64,000 nucleotides of DNA from Octopus vulgaris. Its lineage: Eukaryota. The stretch is taken from positions 38,068,001 to 38,132,000 of the forward strand of contig OX597837.1 of the NCBI GenBank assembly GCA_951406725.2, read 5' to 3'. Within the stretch, counting starts at the first letter, position 1. Each line of letters opens with the position of its first letter. Position numbers and translations under genes: made by a program. Positions 13,393-27,175 of the stretch are shown piece after piece. The notes under the pieces were generated by a model. That model searched no databases. It saw only the letters and a list, made by a program, of their open reading frames with translations, and had not been told where the DNA came from.

Positions 13393-13756
13393 ATATATTT
13401 ATTTACATATGTATTCAACATTTTGTGCGCGTTTGCTGGGGTGTCATTTCCGGTGCATTTTGAATTCAGATGCAGCCATTTTAATTTTCTGAACCGTTGC
13501 TAACAACTGCGGTATTTGAAACAAAGAAGGCATGTTTCATGATATTTCGCCCTCACAACTAAGTCTGTATTAATCAATAATAAGATTAGAATTACAGGAA
13601 TAAATCTGTTGTAAAATGTTTTATACATGGGATTATCAAATTAAATGATATTATGCTTCAAAGTTATAAACATAACATTATGTATGTATGTATGTATGTA
13701 TGTATGTATGTATTTATGTATGTATGTATGTATGTATGTATGTATGTATGTATGTA

Positions 13757-13793
<37 letters not shown>

Positions 13794-13796
13794 CTG

Positions 13797-13931
<135 letters not shown>

Positions 13932-14004
13932 GTATGTCTGTCTGTCTATCTGTCTGTCTGTGTGTGTGTGTGTCTGTCTGTCTGTCTCTGTCTGTCTGTC
14001 TGTC

Positions 14005-14089
<85 letters not shown>

Positions 14090-14354
14090 TAACCACATGG
14101 TTCCGGGCTCCGTTCCACTGCATGGCACCTTCGGCATGTGTCTTCTACCATAGCCTCGGGCCGACCAAAGCCTTGTGAATGGAATTGGTTGGTATTCGTG
14201 TCTATGGAACATGATTCACGTTCTATTTTACTGAATCCTCATTTGTCGTTCACGACGAGGGAATCACGCGCGCGCCCCACTTCCACACGCACACACACAC
14301 CCACACACATATTTACATACATACATGTATATATGTGTATATATGTGTATATAC

Positions 14355-14386
<32 letters not shown>

Positions 14387-14506
14387 TCATATAGGGAGAA
14401 TTCACAAAAAAACAAAAGACGAAGACAGGTGGTGTAGAAAACAAACAGATGTATTATACATATACATATGTCTATGCATCTATATATATATGTGTGTGTG
14501 CATATA

Positions 14507-14569
<63 letters not shown>

Positions 14570-14571
14570 TC

Positions 14572-14608
<37 letters not shown>

Positions 14609-14690
14609 TATATATACAAATATATATGCATATATATATGCATATATATATATATATATATACATATATATACAAATATATATGCATATA

Positions 14691-14732
<42 letters not shown>

Positions 14733-14734
<2 letters not shown>

Positions 14735-15172
14735 ATTGATTGATTGATTGATTCTAGTTTCAGCTTATGAGCTGTGGCCATGCTGGGGCACCGCCATTTG
14801 GTGTTGCTACTTGGTTTCACTTCATGGAGGCTTTCTAGCAACTGCTATTTGGTGCATGAGAGAGTTCGATGCAGCTGCCCTCATCTGCCCCTCCTGCCGT
14901 GAAGTTGGTTCATCTGGGACACCTGACAGGAAGAGATCCAGCTTCATTTTAAAGACATCTGTATCCACCCCATGCAGGTCTCTCAGGTTCTTCGGGAGGA
15001 TATTGAAGAGCTGTGGGCCTCGGAAGCCCAGGCTATCACAGAATCTTGTCCTACATCTTGATGGCAGGTTCGGAGTCCTAGGCACCACGCAGTGGCGCCC
15101 AGTTCTGGCATTTGCGTAACTCTCGATGCCAAAGTTCAGGACACTTCCCTCCAGGATCTTCCAGATGTATAT
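14733..15172 (-). mobile_element. CR1-like LINE 3' end with (TCAA)n tail
   Basis: ORF YIWKILEG...SLGFRGPQLFNILPKNLRDL...VFKMKLDLFLSGVPDEP...AASNSL, then the 3' UTR GGCGGTGCCCCAGCATGGCCACAGCTCATAAGCTGAAAC and (TCAA)n. Confidence 0.85.
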
Positions 15173-15210
<38 letters not shown>

Positions 15211-15613
15211 CACACACACACACACATTTATAGATATACTATACATTTATAGATATACTATACATTATAGATATAGATATACATAGTAATGTTGATTTTT
15301 ACATCCAATCATAATTTTAATAGTTTTATCACATACCCAGCAGTTCTTTCTGAGGAAAGGCTGACCAAATCAATTACATTGTCTCTAGTACTTGACTGGT
15401 GCTGATTTTATCGATACAGATTTGATGGGCAGTGAAGTCGCCCTCGGCGGCATTTGATCTCAGAACAAGCTGGTAGAGTCGTTTGCACGCTACCTCATAC
15501 CCAGTTATATTAAAAGCAATTTTTCTATTCTTTTCGTAGAGTACATATTATGCTTTTATAAGAAAATCCAGAAATCCGGATTTTCTCATTTTTTTGGAGA
15601 CAGTCTAAATATA

Positions 15614-15815
15614 TACTCTTTACTCTTTTACTTGTTTCAGTCATTTGATTGCGGCCATGCTGGAGCACCGCCTTTAATCGAGCAAACCGACCCCAGGACT
15701 TATTCTTTTGTAAGCCCAGTACTTTTTCTATCGGTCTCTTATGCCGAACCGCTAAGTAACGGGGACATAAACACGTCAGCATCGGTTGTCAAGCAATGCT
15801 AGGGGGACAAACACA

Positions 15816-15855
<40 letters not shown>

Positions 15856-16028
15856 CACATATATACGACGGGCTTCTTTCAGTTTCCGTCTACCAAATCC
15901 ACTCACAAGGCATTGGTCGGCCCGAGGCTATAGTAGAAGACACTTGCCCAAGGTGCCACGCAGTGGGACTGAACCCAGAACCATTTGGTCAGTAAACAAG
16001 CTACTTACCGCCCAGCCACTCCTGCGCC
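15614..16028 (-). mobile_element. Family-A SINE, full length
   Basis: Reverse-complement match to the other family-A copies. Confidence 0.9.
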
Positions 16029-16549
16029 TATACTTACGATACAGCATAAAGTATGAGGTAAGTTACAAGTGAAAAGTTCCAAATCAAGGAATTTCAAGGC
16101 AGGATTTGTTTCATATTCTTTAATCCACTTAAAATTCTTTAAAATGTATCACCCAGTATCGTATATACAGAATGCGGTTTATAGGAAGAAAATTAAACAA
16201 AGAAATATAAATAATATGATTTTATTTCACTGATGCAGGTACAAAATTAATACATTTTAAATTAAGAAAGTAAAGAACATGGTAATTTCACAGATACAGC
16301 TCATGTGTGTGGTATGCACCGTTGCAGCGTGTTGCTGGATTCGTCTTTTGTATGTCGATATATTCCCGGGTTCTCTCGAGCGATCTGTCGAGTAGGGACC
16401 CAGTCAGTCCCCAACTTTGCGAGACGTCTTATCTGTTGTGACCATGATGCATATGACCGACTGTTTGGCCATATTGGACAGGTTCAGGTAAAATAAATAC
16501 AATTCTAAATCTGGCTCAGTTTGATATTTATCAGTCCGGTAAAATATAT

Positions 16550-16748
16550 ATCTTTATTGCCCACAAGGGGCTAAACATAGATGGGACAAATAAGGACAGA
16601 CAAACGGATTAAGTCGATTATATCGACCCCAGTGCGTAACTGGTACTTATTTAATCGACTTTGCCTTTCATCCTTTCGGGGTCGATTAAATAAGTACCAG
16701 TTACGCACTGGGGTCGATATAATCGACTTAATCCCTTTGTCTGTCCTT
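16550..16748. mobile_element. Fold-back (internally inverted) family-B SINE
   Basis: 16592-16659 is the reverse complement of 16681-16748 (67/68 matches). The switch occurs at a TCGAC microhomology. Confidence 0.9.
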
Positions 16749-16881
16749 TCATCAATACAGTATAATGTTTATAAGATGAACATTAAATTAAAAAAAGTGA
16801 AGAATATGATTTTATTTAACAGATATAGGTACAAATCAATCAGTTCCAAAGTAGGGCCTGTTTAATATTTATTGATCCAAG

Positions 16882-17518
16882 AGCGGCGAGCTGGTAGAAA
16901 CGTTAGCACGCCGGGCGAAATGCTTTGTGGTATTTCGTCCGCCGTTACGTTCTGAGTTCAAATTCCGTCGAGGTCGACTTTGCCTTTCATCCTTTCGGGG
17001 TCGATAAATTAAGTACCAGTTACGCACTGGGGTCGATATAATTGACTTAATCCGTTTGTCTGTCCTTGCTTGTCCTCTCTGTGTTTAGCCCCTTGTGGGT
17101 AGTAAAGAAATAGGTATTTCGTCTGTCGCTACGTTCTGAGTTCAAATTCCGCCGAGGTCGACTTTGCCTTTCATCCTTTCGGGGTCGATTAAATAAGTAC
17201 CACTTGCGCACTGGGGTCGATGTAATTGACATAATCCCTTTGTCTGTCCTTATTTGTCCTCTCTGTGTTTAGCCCCTTGTGGGTAGTAAAGAAATAAATA
17301 TTTATTAATACAAGGCGGTGAGCTGGCAGAATCGTTAGCACGCCGGGCGAAATGCTTAGCGGTATTTCGCCTGCCGTTACGTTCTGAGTTCAAATTCCGC
17401 TGAGGTTGACATTGCCTTTCATCCTTACGCAGTGGGGTCGATGCTATCGACTTAATCCCTTAGTCTGTTCTTGTATGTCTCCTCTATGCTTAGCCCCTTG
17501 TGGGCAATAAAGAAATAG
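16882..17518 (+). mobile_element. Family-B SINE dimer plus monomer
   Basis: The same GAAATA|GGTATTTC junction occurs at ~17110. The third copy is flanked by ATATTTATTAAT on both sides. Confidence 0.88.
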
Positions 17519-17790
17519 ATATTTATTAATCCACTTAAAATTCTTAAAATACATCATACTGTACCACGTATGTAAAATGTATATTCATTGGAATGAAGAA
17601 AAGTAAAGAATATTATTTTTATTTAACAGATACAGGTACAAATTCATACACTTCTAAATCTGGGTCTTGATATTTATTAATCCGCTTAGAATACATGTTA
17701 GTCTACCATATGTACAGTATAAATTTCATAGGCGGAAAATTAAATACATTAAAGCAAGGAACATGATTTATTTAACATGATTTTATTTAA

Positions 17791-18108
17791 GGCGTAGGAG
17801 CGGCTGTGTGGTAAGTAGCTTGCTTACCAACCACATTGTTCCGGGTTCAGTCCCACCGCGTGGCACCTTGGGCAAGTGTCTTCTACTGTAGCCTCGGGTC
17901 GACCAAAGTCTTGTGAGTGGATTTGGTAGTCGGAAACTGAAAGAAACCCTTCGTATATATGTATATATATATGTGCGTGTGTATGTTTGTGTGTCTGTGT
18001 TTGTTCCCCCAACATCGCTTGACAACCGATGCTGGTGTGTTTACGTCCCCGTAACTTAGGCGGTGCTCCAGCATGGCCACAGTCAAATGACTGAAATAAG
18101 TAAAAGAA
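17791..18108 (+). mobile_element. Family-A SINE with internal deletion
   Basis: Head and tail match family A; the segment between CTTAG and GCGGTGCTCC is missing. Confidence 0.85.
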
Positions 18109-18688
18109 AGACACAGGAGCAAATTAATATAATTCTAAATCAGAATCTGCTTAATCTTTATCAAATCACTTAAGAAATTAAAGAACAAAACCATTTTAAA
18201 TACATTATGTGCAAATTAACCAACTTCAAAAACAGGGTTTGTGTCCTCAGTGCAGGGTGCTGCATATTTCATGGTACTGCACAGTATTTCTGTATTTCGA
18301 GAAGCCGGATAAGAATGCTAATACTGTGCAAAAGTACCTTGCAGGATATTGCATAATATTCTTGGATTTTTAGAAATTCCTGATTTCCGGAAGCCAGGAA
18401 AAAGTTCCGCTACTGTATTTATAACTAATGTTTAAAATATCGCATTCACCTGAGCCAGATCAAAGTGAACTAAAGTCTCTTACAAGCGCCCGCACAAAGA
18501 AGTCCGTTTTAAAATTACTTTTAATTGGTTGCGTGGTAAGAAGCTTGCTTCCCAACCACATGGTTCCGGGTTCAGTCCCATTGCGTGGCACTTCGGGCAA
18601 GCAGCTTCTACTACAGCTTGGGGCCGACCAAAGACTTGTGAGTGCATTTGGTAGACGGAAACTGAAAGAAGCCCGTTGTATATATATG

Positions 18689-18834
<146 letters not shown>

Positions 18835-18957
18835 CATATATGTATATGCTGAGATATATATAAACTTATATATATATATACTTATATATATACATATATA
18901 TATACATATATATATATACTTATATATACATACTTTTATATATATACTTATATATAT

Positions 18958-18998
<41 letters not shown>

Positions 18999-19193
18999 AC
19001 ATATATATATGTATGTATGTATATATATATGTATTTATATATATATGCATATATATGTACATATATATACATATATGTATATGCTGAGATATATATAAAC
19101 TTATATATTTATATATATATATACTTATATATATACATATATATATATACATATATATATATATACTTATATATACATACTTTTATATATATA

Positions 19194-19272
<79 letters not shown>

Positions 19273-19476
19273 GTATGTATGTATATATATATGTATTTAT
19301 ATATATATGCATATATATGTACATATATATATATATATGTATATATATATGATGAATCGGTTTCTGACTGAAGAATGAAGGCTCTGAATTACTGTCCGTT
19401 TTTCCGTGTTTGTCAATTCGTGAATTTCACGTTCTTTATATATAACTTTTATTATATATGTACATATATATATATA

Positions 19477-19582
<106 letters not shown>

Positions 19583-20542
19583 ACATATACATATCTGTAA
19601 ATATATATCTATAGCTATCTTTTATATATATGCAAACCTTAGAACTAATGTCACGAAACCTGGAATTTTACGGGAAGGGGTCTAGTCAAAATCATTAACT
19701 CCAGCGCTCGGCTGGTATTCATTTCATCGACCCTTGAAAGGGATGAAAAGCAAAGTCGACCATAGCGACATTCGAACTCATAACACACAAAAAAAAGCGG
19801 AAGAAATGCCACCAAGCATTTTATCCGGCGTCGTGCTAAATAACACTGCCAAGCTCACCGCCTTTCAAACACACATACACAATAACAACACACATCGACA
19901 TTATAAATATACTTCTATTTATAATGATAAGAACCTAAGAATTATGCCACCAGATTTTGCTGAGAATCTGCTGATGGTGGCGGTGGCGATGGCGGCGGTG
20001 TGGGTGGGGGTGTAAAATCAAAAACCAAAACACAACATCATCGATGACCAATAAAGCGTTCTCCATCAATCATTCCCTAAACCAATACTCTTTCTCTCCA
20101 CTCGTCATCGAACACAACATGGGTGGTACCTGCCGCTGCTTTCTTACGATGGCAGCGGACACACCCAGAATGATTCCCCTTGGGCGTTGCAACGAATATT
20201 AACAACAGCGCCTGCGTTCACTGACGTTTACTCTCCCAGAACCCCACCCTCCTCTCTGTCTGTGTCTCATTCGTTCACTCCTTCCTCTCTCTCTCTCTCT
20301 GTTTGCTTTATGCCCTATCTCCTAATCACTCTCTCTCTCCTTCTCCCTCTCTCTTTCTCTCCCTTTCTCAGATACCCAGACACACAGACACAAGTGTACA
20401 CAAACACACACGCACATGCACGTACAAGCATACACATATGCACACACACACACACACGAACTGGATGTATTGGTGTCCACCCCTTTTCAAGCAGTACTAA
20501 GACTAACATGAAGTAATGTAGACACGTGATGACTTGCAGTTT

Positions 20543-20603
<61 letters not shown>

Positions 20604-20619
20604 GTGTGTGTGTTTGTGC

Positions 20620-20659
<40 letters not shown>

Positions 20660-20851
20660 GTATGTATATATGTATATGTACATCTATTAGCAGAATCTTT
20701 AACTCGCCGGGCAAAATGCTTACTAATCTTTCCCTTTTCCTCCGTCTATTAGATTACTGGTACTGCCCAAGGATGGCCGCAACGTTAGGGTTGAAACGTG
20801 TAAGAATAAAAGAATATATGTATATGTCTGTCTACCTGTTTGTCTGTGTAC

Positions 20852-20908
<57 letters not shown>

Positions 20909-21047
20909 AATCCATCTATCAATCCATCTATCTATCTCTGTACATACATACACACATACACACACACACATATATATATATACATCTATACACACATACA
21001 CACAGACACACACTCACACACACACACACACACACGCACACACACAT

Positions 21048-21086
<39 letters not shown>

Positions 21087-21136
21087 CATATATGTATATA
21101 TATATATATATAAATATACATGCATACATGTGATAA

Positions 21137-21210
<74 letters not shown>

Positions 21211-21254
21211 GCATATATATATATACATATACTTTATTTAAAGCAGCAGAAAAT

Positions 21255-21307
21255 TCAACAAAACCTGTTACTCTGAGTTTCCCGTTGCCGTTCATCGGAC
21301 AGTTTTT
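21255..21307 (-). ncRNA. Minimal hammerhead-like fold, CCGAUGA core variant
   Basis: Minus strand reads AAAACUGU-CCGAUGA-ACGGCAACGG-GAAA-CUCAGAG-UA-ACAGGUUUU. Confidence 0.55.
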
Positions 21308-21354
21308 ACTCCAGTGGCCCCTTATAGTCATTCGGCCTTTTACTTTCTATATTT

Positions 21355-21750
21355 TCCTTGGTTCAGTCATTAGGCTGCAGCCATACTGGGGCACCACCTC
21401 GAGGCAAATTTTTATAGTCCAATGAATCGACGCTGGTACTTATTTTTCGTTAAACCTGGTACTTATCCTATTGGGTATCTTTTGCCGAACCGCTAAGTTA
21501 CAGGAACGTGAATACACCAGCACCGGCTATCAGTCGGTGGTGGGAGACAAACACACACACAAACACACACTCACAGATACATATATACGTCGAGCTTCTT
21601 TCAGTTTCCGTCCACCCAATCCCCCCACAAGGCTTTGGTCAGCCCGTGGCTACCGTAGAAGGCATTTGCCTTAGATACCACGCAGTGGAACTGAACCCAG
21701 AACCATGTGGCTGGAAAGCAAGCTTCTTATTACACAGCCTCGCCTGCGCC
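21355..21750 (-). mobile_element. Family-A SINE, diverged
   Basis: Reverse-complement similarity from head (AGGCGCAGG) to tail. Confidence 0.8.
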
Positions 21751-22054
21751 TGTGTTTCAAACCATCCTGCTATATTTTTGAAATAAAAAATATTATTACA
21801 AATTGTCTAAAAAACCGTGAAAATATTTTGTGTACAGGAGTAGTATAAACAATTTATTGTAGATAACCTTTAAAAGCAAAATCTTACACGACCATCTTGG
21901 GGTCATTTGAACTCTGGTTGAGAAGCACTGGACTGGAATAAAACCGTCAAATCAGTTGTCAAATGATTATAAAAGGACAGTGAAAAGACATGATATAATA
22001 TATCACATATGTATGTTTTTTCTCGCTATCTTTTTTTTCTCAGTTTTTTTTTTA

Positions 22055-22133
<79 letters not shown>

Positions 22134-22383
22134 TTGGCAAAAAACAAAAAATGAATAACGCAAGGGCGTAGTACATGCGAAGTATATAGATCTGATTAAC
22201 TGTAACCTTATGTGTATGTATATTATTATGTATATACTTATATATATGTATATGTAGGTGTATATACACTTATATGTATATGTATATATGTATATATGCA
22301 TATTCTTGTATATGTGTACCTTCTTTAATATTCATATTTGCATTTTATATCTTCATTTTATATCTTTATAATTGTACTTTATA

Positions 22384-22399
22384 ATCTCTGACGAGGCCT

Positions 22400-22494
<95 letters not shown>

Positions 22495-22587
22495 TAACTC
22501 ATTTTTAACTGCATGTTACCTCAATACATCTGACTAATATGGGCATAATGAGATACTCTTATCTACAGGCTGAAACAGCTGTAAGGT
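22384..22587 (+). ncRNA. Type I minimal hammerhead ribozyme motif with (TA)n inside stem-loop II
   Basis: AUCU-CUGACGA-GGCCU...167 nt...AGGCU-GAAA-CAGCUG-UA-AGGU. Stems I and II pair, stem III is palindromic, and the cleavage triplet is GUA. Confidence 0.6.
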
Positions 22588-22771
22588 CCATTTTATATGT
22601 ATTATTCTTATGGTAATATCTTACTTATTGATGTATATTGTTTTATTCTGTCTTATTCTGTTGGATTTGGATGTTCCAATTTAATCTAAATAATTAGTTA
22701 ATAAATTATATGAATTGGTATTATCTGGAAGTCGATGATTGAAAGAAATCTATTCCTCCATTTTCTTATTT

Positions 22772-22829
<58 letters not shown>

Positions 22830-22830
<1 letters not shown>

Positions 22831-23591
22831 CGACGTACGTACACTCTGGTCTCTTATATGTAAGTGTATATTTATCTAAATCTTGTACAACTCTATTCTT
22901 TCTTTTATTCTTTCTTTCTATCAGCCCCTTCACGCTTACTTCGTTCATTCCACTCTCCGTTCTTTCGTTTCCCCTCTCTCACATTTCCTTACCTTTTCTT
23001 CATGCTCACTTTCCCTCCTCTTTTCACTTCACTGTGTCCCTGTCATTTTTTCTCGCCCTTCCTTAATTCTTCTGTCCCTCTGCCTCTACCTCTCTTTCTT
23101 CTCTCCCCACGTGACCGGTGTTCGGCCAAGCCTAACCTTTCTTTCTTGGTTCAGGCGTCGTCCATGCAACATCTATATTCCTCCCTGTACCTGTGAAATC
23201 TTGTATCTCTGCTGTAAAGCTTTATTTCCACACACGCCGCTAGCATATTTTAATTCGTCCTTAGTCGAAAGACACCTGTTGTTATGACCTGTTATTTGTA
23301 TTTGTGTAACATTCTCCGTTTCTTTCCGTCCTTGTTTTCGTATACATTCGCTGCTATCTTCCAAGGAATCTAATGTTCTTAGCTTAGCTTTTCCTTGGAG
23401 CTGGCCAGATGGGAGCAATCTCGAGTGTAACAAGCCGAAATTGCAATGATAATCTGGAACTCGACTGAGGAAAGAAAACTCCGAATAACCCGTCCTTGTT
23501 TTCTTTGTATCGTCTATCTGGATGTTTGTTGTCCCTTTTTTGCATCACCTAACTGTCTGGATGTTTTGCGTTCTTGTCCCATTTTGTATTG

Positions 23592-23655
<64 letters not shown>

Positions 23656-23889
23656 GGGAAGCTTTATGAAAATAAACAAAAGACGAAGGCAGGTGGAGTA
23701 CAAACAAACAATTGTATTAGTATGGCGCTCAGGAATATAAATAAAACAAGTCTTTTACGTTTCGAGCCTACGCTCTTCAACAGAAAGATACACAGAAAAG
23801 AAACACGGAGAGAAACAAGGAGAGAAAAAAATGCGTGCAGAAGCTAGAGATTCAACATGGCGATTCTGGCCAGAAGTCAGAGACCAAAC

Positions 23890-23955
<66 letters not shown>

Positions 23956-24225
23956 ACACGAAACACGCATTAGGTCGAAACAGGGGCAGCTGAAGAAGGG
24001 GAATGTTCCTTGTATTGTATGTCTTGTACTCTGTTTTTTCTTGTTTCCTTGTTTGATTTTATGTTTTCGTTTCTCGTTGTGTTCTACGTTTATTTGTGGT
24101 GTCCTGTACTCATATATGCATGTATATATACATATAGCTGTAGGTATGTACATATATGTATGTATGCATATGTTTTATTTATTAAATTGTTATATATTTG
24201 AACGCTCGCGTAGTTTTCTTCTTCT

Positions 24226-24230
<5 letters not shown>
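22830..24230. mobile_element. Three (TA)n-delimited cassettes, probable Penelope pLTR-type relics
   Basis: Each block (22830-23595, 23650-23890, 23950-24230) sits between (TA)n runs and carries a hammerhead-like motif. Part of the 23650 block recurs at 14390-14456. Confidence 0.5.
23751..23788 (-). ncRNA. Minimal hammerhead-like fold, CUGUUGA core variant
   Basis: Minus strand reads UCUUU-CUGUUGA-A-GAGC-GUAG-GCUC-GAAA-CG-UA-AAAGA, with perfect stems I and II. Confidence 0.55.
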
Positions 24231-24284
<54 letters not shown>

Positions 24285-24702
24285 CGGGGTCATATACTTA
24301 CGTACTCTTGACCTCTATTTCTGCTGACACGACAGAAAATGAAACGTCACCTTATTTTGCATATGGGACCAGACATAATAGAAAGAGCATACACGGAGGC
24401 AAGCACACACACACACACACACATACACACATATAGACACACAAACGCGCGCGCACGTAAGGAGACACACACACACACACACACACACTTAGACACATCG
24501 CCCTCACTATGCACTCTCAGCACGAGGCAATGTCCTTAGTTTCCCTCCAACGGGTGCATTGATTTGGTCGGCCTGAGGCTATAGTAGAAGACACTTATTC
24601 AAGGGTGCCACGCAGTGGGGCTGAACCCGGAACTATTTGGTTCGTATGCAAGCTTGTTACCACACAGCCACTCCTGTACCTGTATGTATGTGTATATATA
24701 TA

Positions 24703-24741
<39 letters not shown>

Positions 24742-24848
24742 GTATATAATATATTCGCATATATATATATATTCGTATATATATACATATATATGTATAT
24801 ACCCATTTACATGTATATATATATGTACGTATATACATGCACTTATAC

Positions 24849-24898
<50 letters not shown>

Positions 24899-25045
24899 CT
24901 ATATAGTATATAGATATCTAAATATTCATAGATACGTATAAATAAATACATTATATAAACGAATAAATATGTATATATATATATGCACACACGCTTGCAC
25001 ACACACACACGCACACACACACAGACACACACACACTCACACACA

Positions 25046-25094
<49 letters not shown>

Positions 25095-26466
25095 ACATGT
25101 ATGCATGTATGTAATTATATGTGCATTTTATGTCTCTATGTAGACAGGCAACTCAGCTAAACCTATACTGGTTTTCCACTCAGTGCGAAAGTGAAGGCGG
25201 CTTTTTAGAACATCGGGCATAAAAAGGAAGGAAACACGCACACACACACACACACGCACACACTAACAGACACACACTCTGACACACACGCACACACTAA
25301 CAGACACACACTCTGACACACACAATATGGCTGCTGCTTCTCCTTGTTCTTCTTCGAAGCTATTGGATGGTGAATTAGTGTGTTTCATTGAAAGCAGGCG
25401 ACAGGCCATATTGCTCGTGTTTAACGTCCCGTAGAGCGATTGGGAAGACGGATGAAGTTACAGTGGGAGGAGAAATTTTGAGAGGAGGGAGGTGGAAGGG
25501 AGCGGTATGAGTTGGGCGAGAAACTAAGTGGGAGTGAACGCATACCCAGGAGAATGATGGAGGCGGTGTTAACGACGGTGGCGGTGATTTTGTTGTTGTC
25601 GGTGGTGTTGGTGGCGGTTTTGCTGTCGGTGGTGGTGGCGGTTTTGCTGTCGGTGGTGGTGGCGGAGGTGGCAGTGTTGTTGTTAGTGGTGGTGGTGGTT
25701 GTGGTCTCAGTAGTAGTGGTAGTATTAATAGTGGTGGTGGTTGGGCTGGTGGTGGGAGTGGTTGTTGGGGATGATGGCGGTGATGGTGGCGGTAGCGGTA
25801 ATGTTGTCGTTGTTGGTGGCGGCGGTGGTTTTATTCGTTGTAGTAGTAGTGGTGGTTGTTGGGGTGGTGGTAGTAATAGAAGTAGTGTGGTGGTGGTGAC
25901 TGTGGTTGTCCTGGTGGTTGTGTTGGTGGTGGCAGCGCCGTTGTTGTTGTCGGCGATTGTGGCGGTGGTAATTCAGTTTGTAGTGGTGGTGGTAGCGGTG
26001 GTAGGGCGTGTATTGGGGGTGCATGTTTGGTGGTGGTTGTGGTGGTGGTGTGAGTGAGGACCTGGCTGTTGGCGACGGGGTGGCCGAGAGAGGCAGCAAG
26101 TTTTACAAGACAGTGAGAGCGTGTGTGTGTGTGTGTGTGAGAGAGAGAGGGAGGTGTTTGCTGAGGAAAAGAGGGGTAGTGTTAGGAAGAGTGTACAGAA
26201 AATGGGAAATGGAGAGGGGGAGAAGGAAAGATAGATGGGATAGGATTACAGTTATGGAGGGAGAAAGAAAAGTGGACGAGAGAGAGGGGGGAATGAGGAA
26301 GAAACAAAGAAAAATTAAGAGATTTATGAGTGATGTGTGTATTGTGTGTGTTGTGTGTGTGTGTGTATACACACACAGGACGGTATTGTTTATAGAGGAA
26401 ACTATATGAAGTGGATAAAATATAGGAGTAAGAGTATGTGATACATACATACATGTATATATATAT

Positions 26467-26624
26467 GAGTGGCTGTGTGGTAAGTAGCTTGTTTACCAAC
26501 CACATGGTTCCGGGTTCAGTCCCACTGCGTGGCACCTTGGGCAAGTGTCTTCTTCTATAGCCCCGGGCCGACCAATGCCTTGTGAGTGGATTTGGTAGAC
26601 GGAAACTGAAAGAGGCCCGTCGTA

Positions 26625-26682
<58 letters not shown>

Positions 26683-26909
26683 CGTGTGCGTTTGTTTGTG
26701 TGTCTGTGTTTGTCCCACTAGCAGTGCTTGACAACCGATGCTGGTGTGTTTATGTCCCCGTCACTTAGCGGTTCGGCAAAAGAGACCGATAGAATAAGTA
26801 CTGGGCTTACAAAGAATAAGTCCCGGGGCGAGTTGCTCGATTTAAGGCGGTGCTCCAGCATGGGCGCATTCAAATGACTGAAACAAGTAAAAGAGTAAAA
26901 GAGTAAAGA

Positions 26910-26910
<1 letters not shown>
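26467..26910 (+). mobile_element. Family-A SINE, near full length
   Basis: Matches family A from head to the AAAAGAGT tail. Confidence 0.9.
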
Positions 26911-26977
<67 letters not shown>

Positions 26978-26980
26978 ACC

Positions 26981-27140
26981 ACGGGCTTCTTTCAGTTTCA
27001 ATCTACCAAATCCACTCACAAGGTTTTGGTTGGCCCGAGGCTAGAGTAGAAGACACTTGCCCAAGGTACCACACAGTGGGACTGAACCCGGAACCATGTG
27101 GCTGGTAAGCAAGCTACTTACCACACACCCACTCCTGCGC
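26981..27140 (-). mobile_element. Family-A SINE 5' half, inverted relative to its neighbour
   Basis: Reverse complement of the head at 26467-26620. Confidence 0.85.
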
Positions 27141-27141
27141 T

Positions 27142-27175
<34 letters not shown>

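Larger units (their letters stand above)
16110..18200. repeat. Degenerate ~150-bp AT-rich tandem repeat interrupted by SINEs
   Basis: Variants of ATATTTATTAATCCACTTAAAA and ATGATTTTATTTAACAGATACAGGTACAAA recur near 16115, 16217, 16806, 17520, 17615, 17670 and 17763. Confidence 0.6.
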
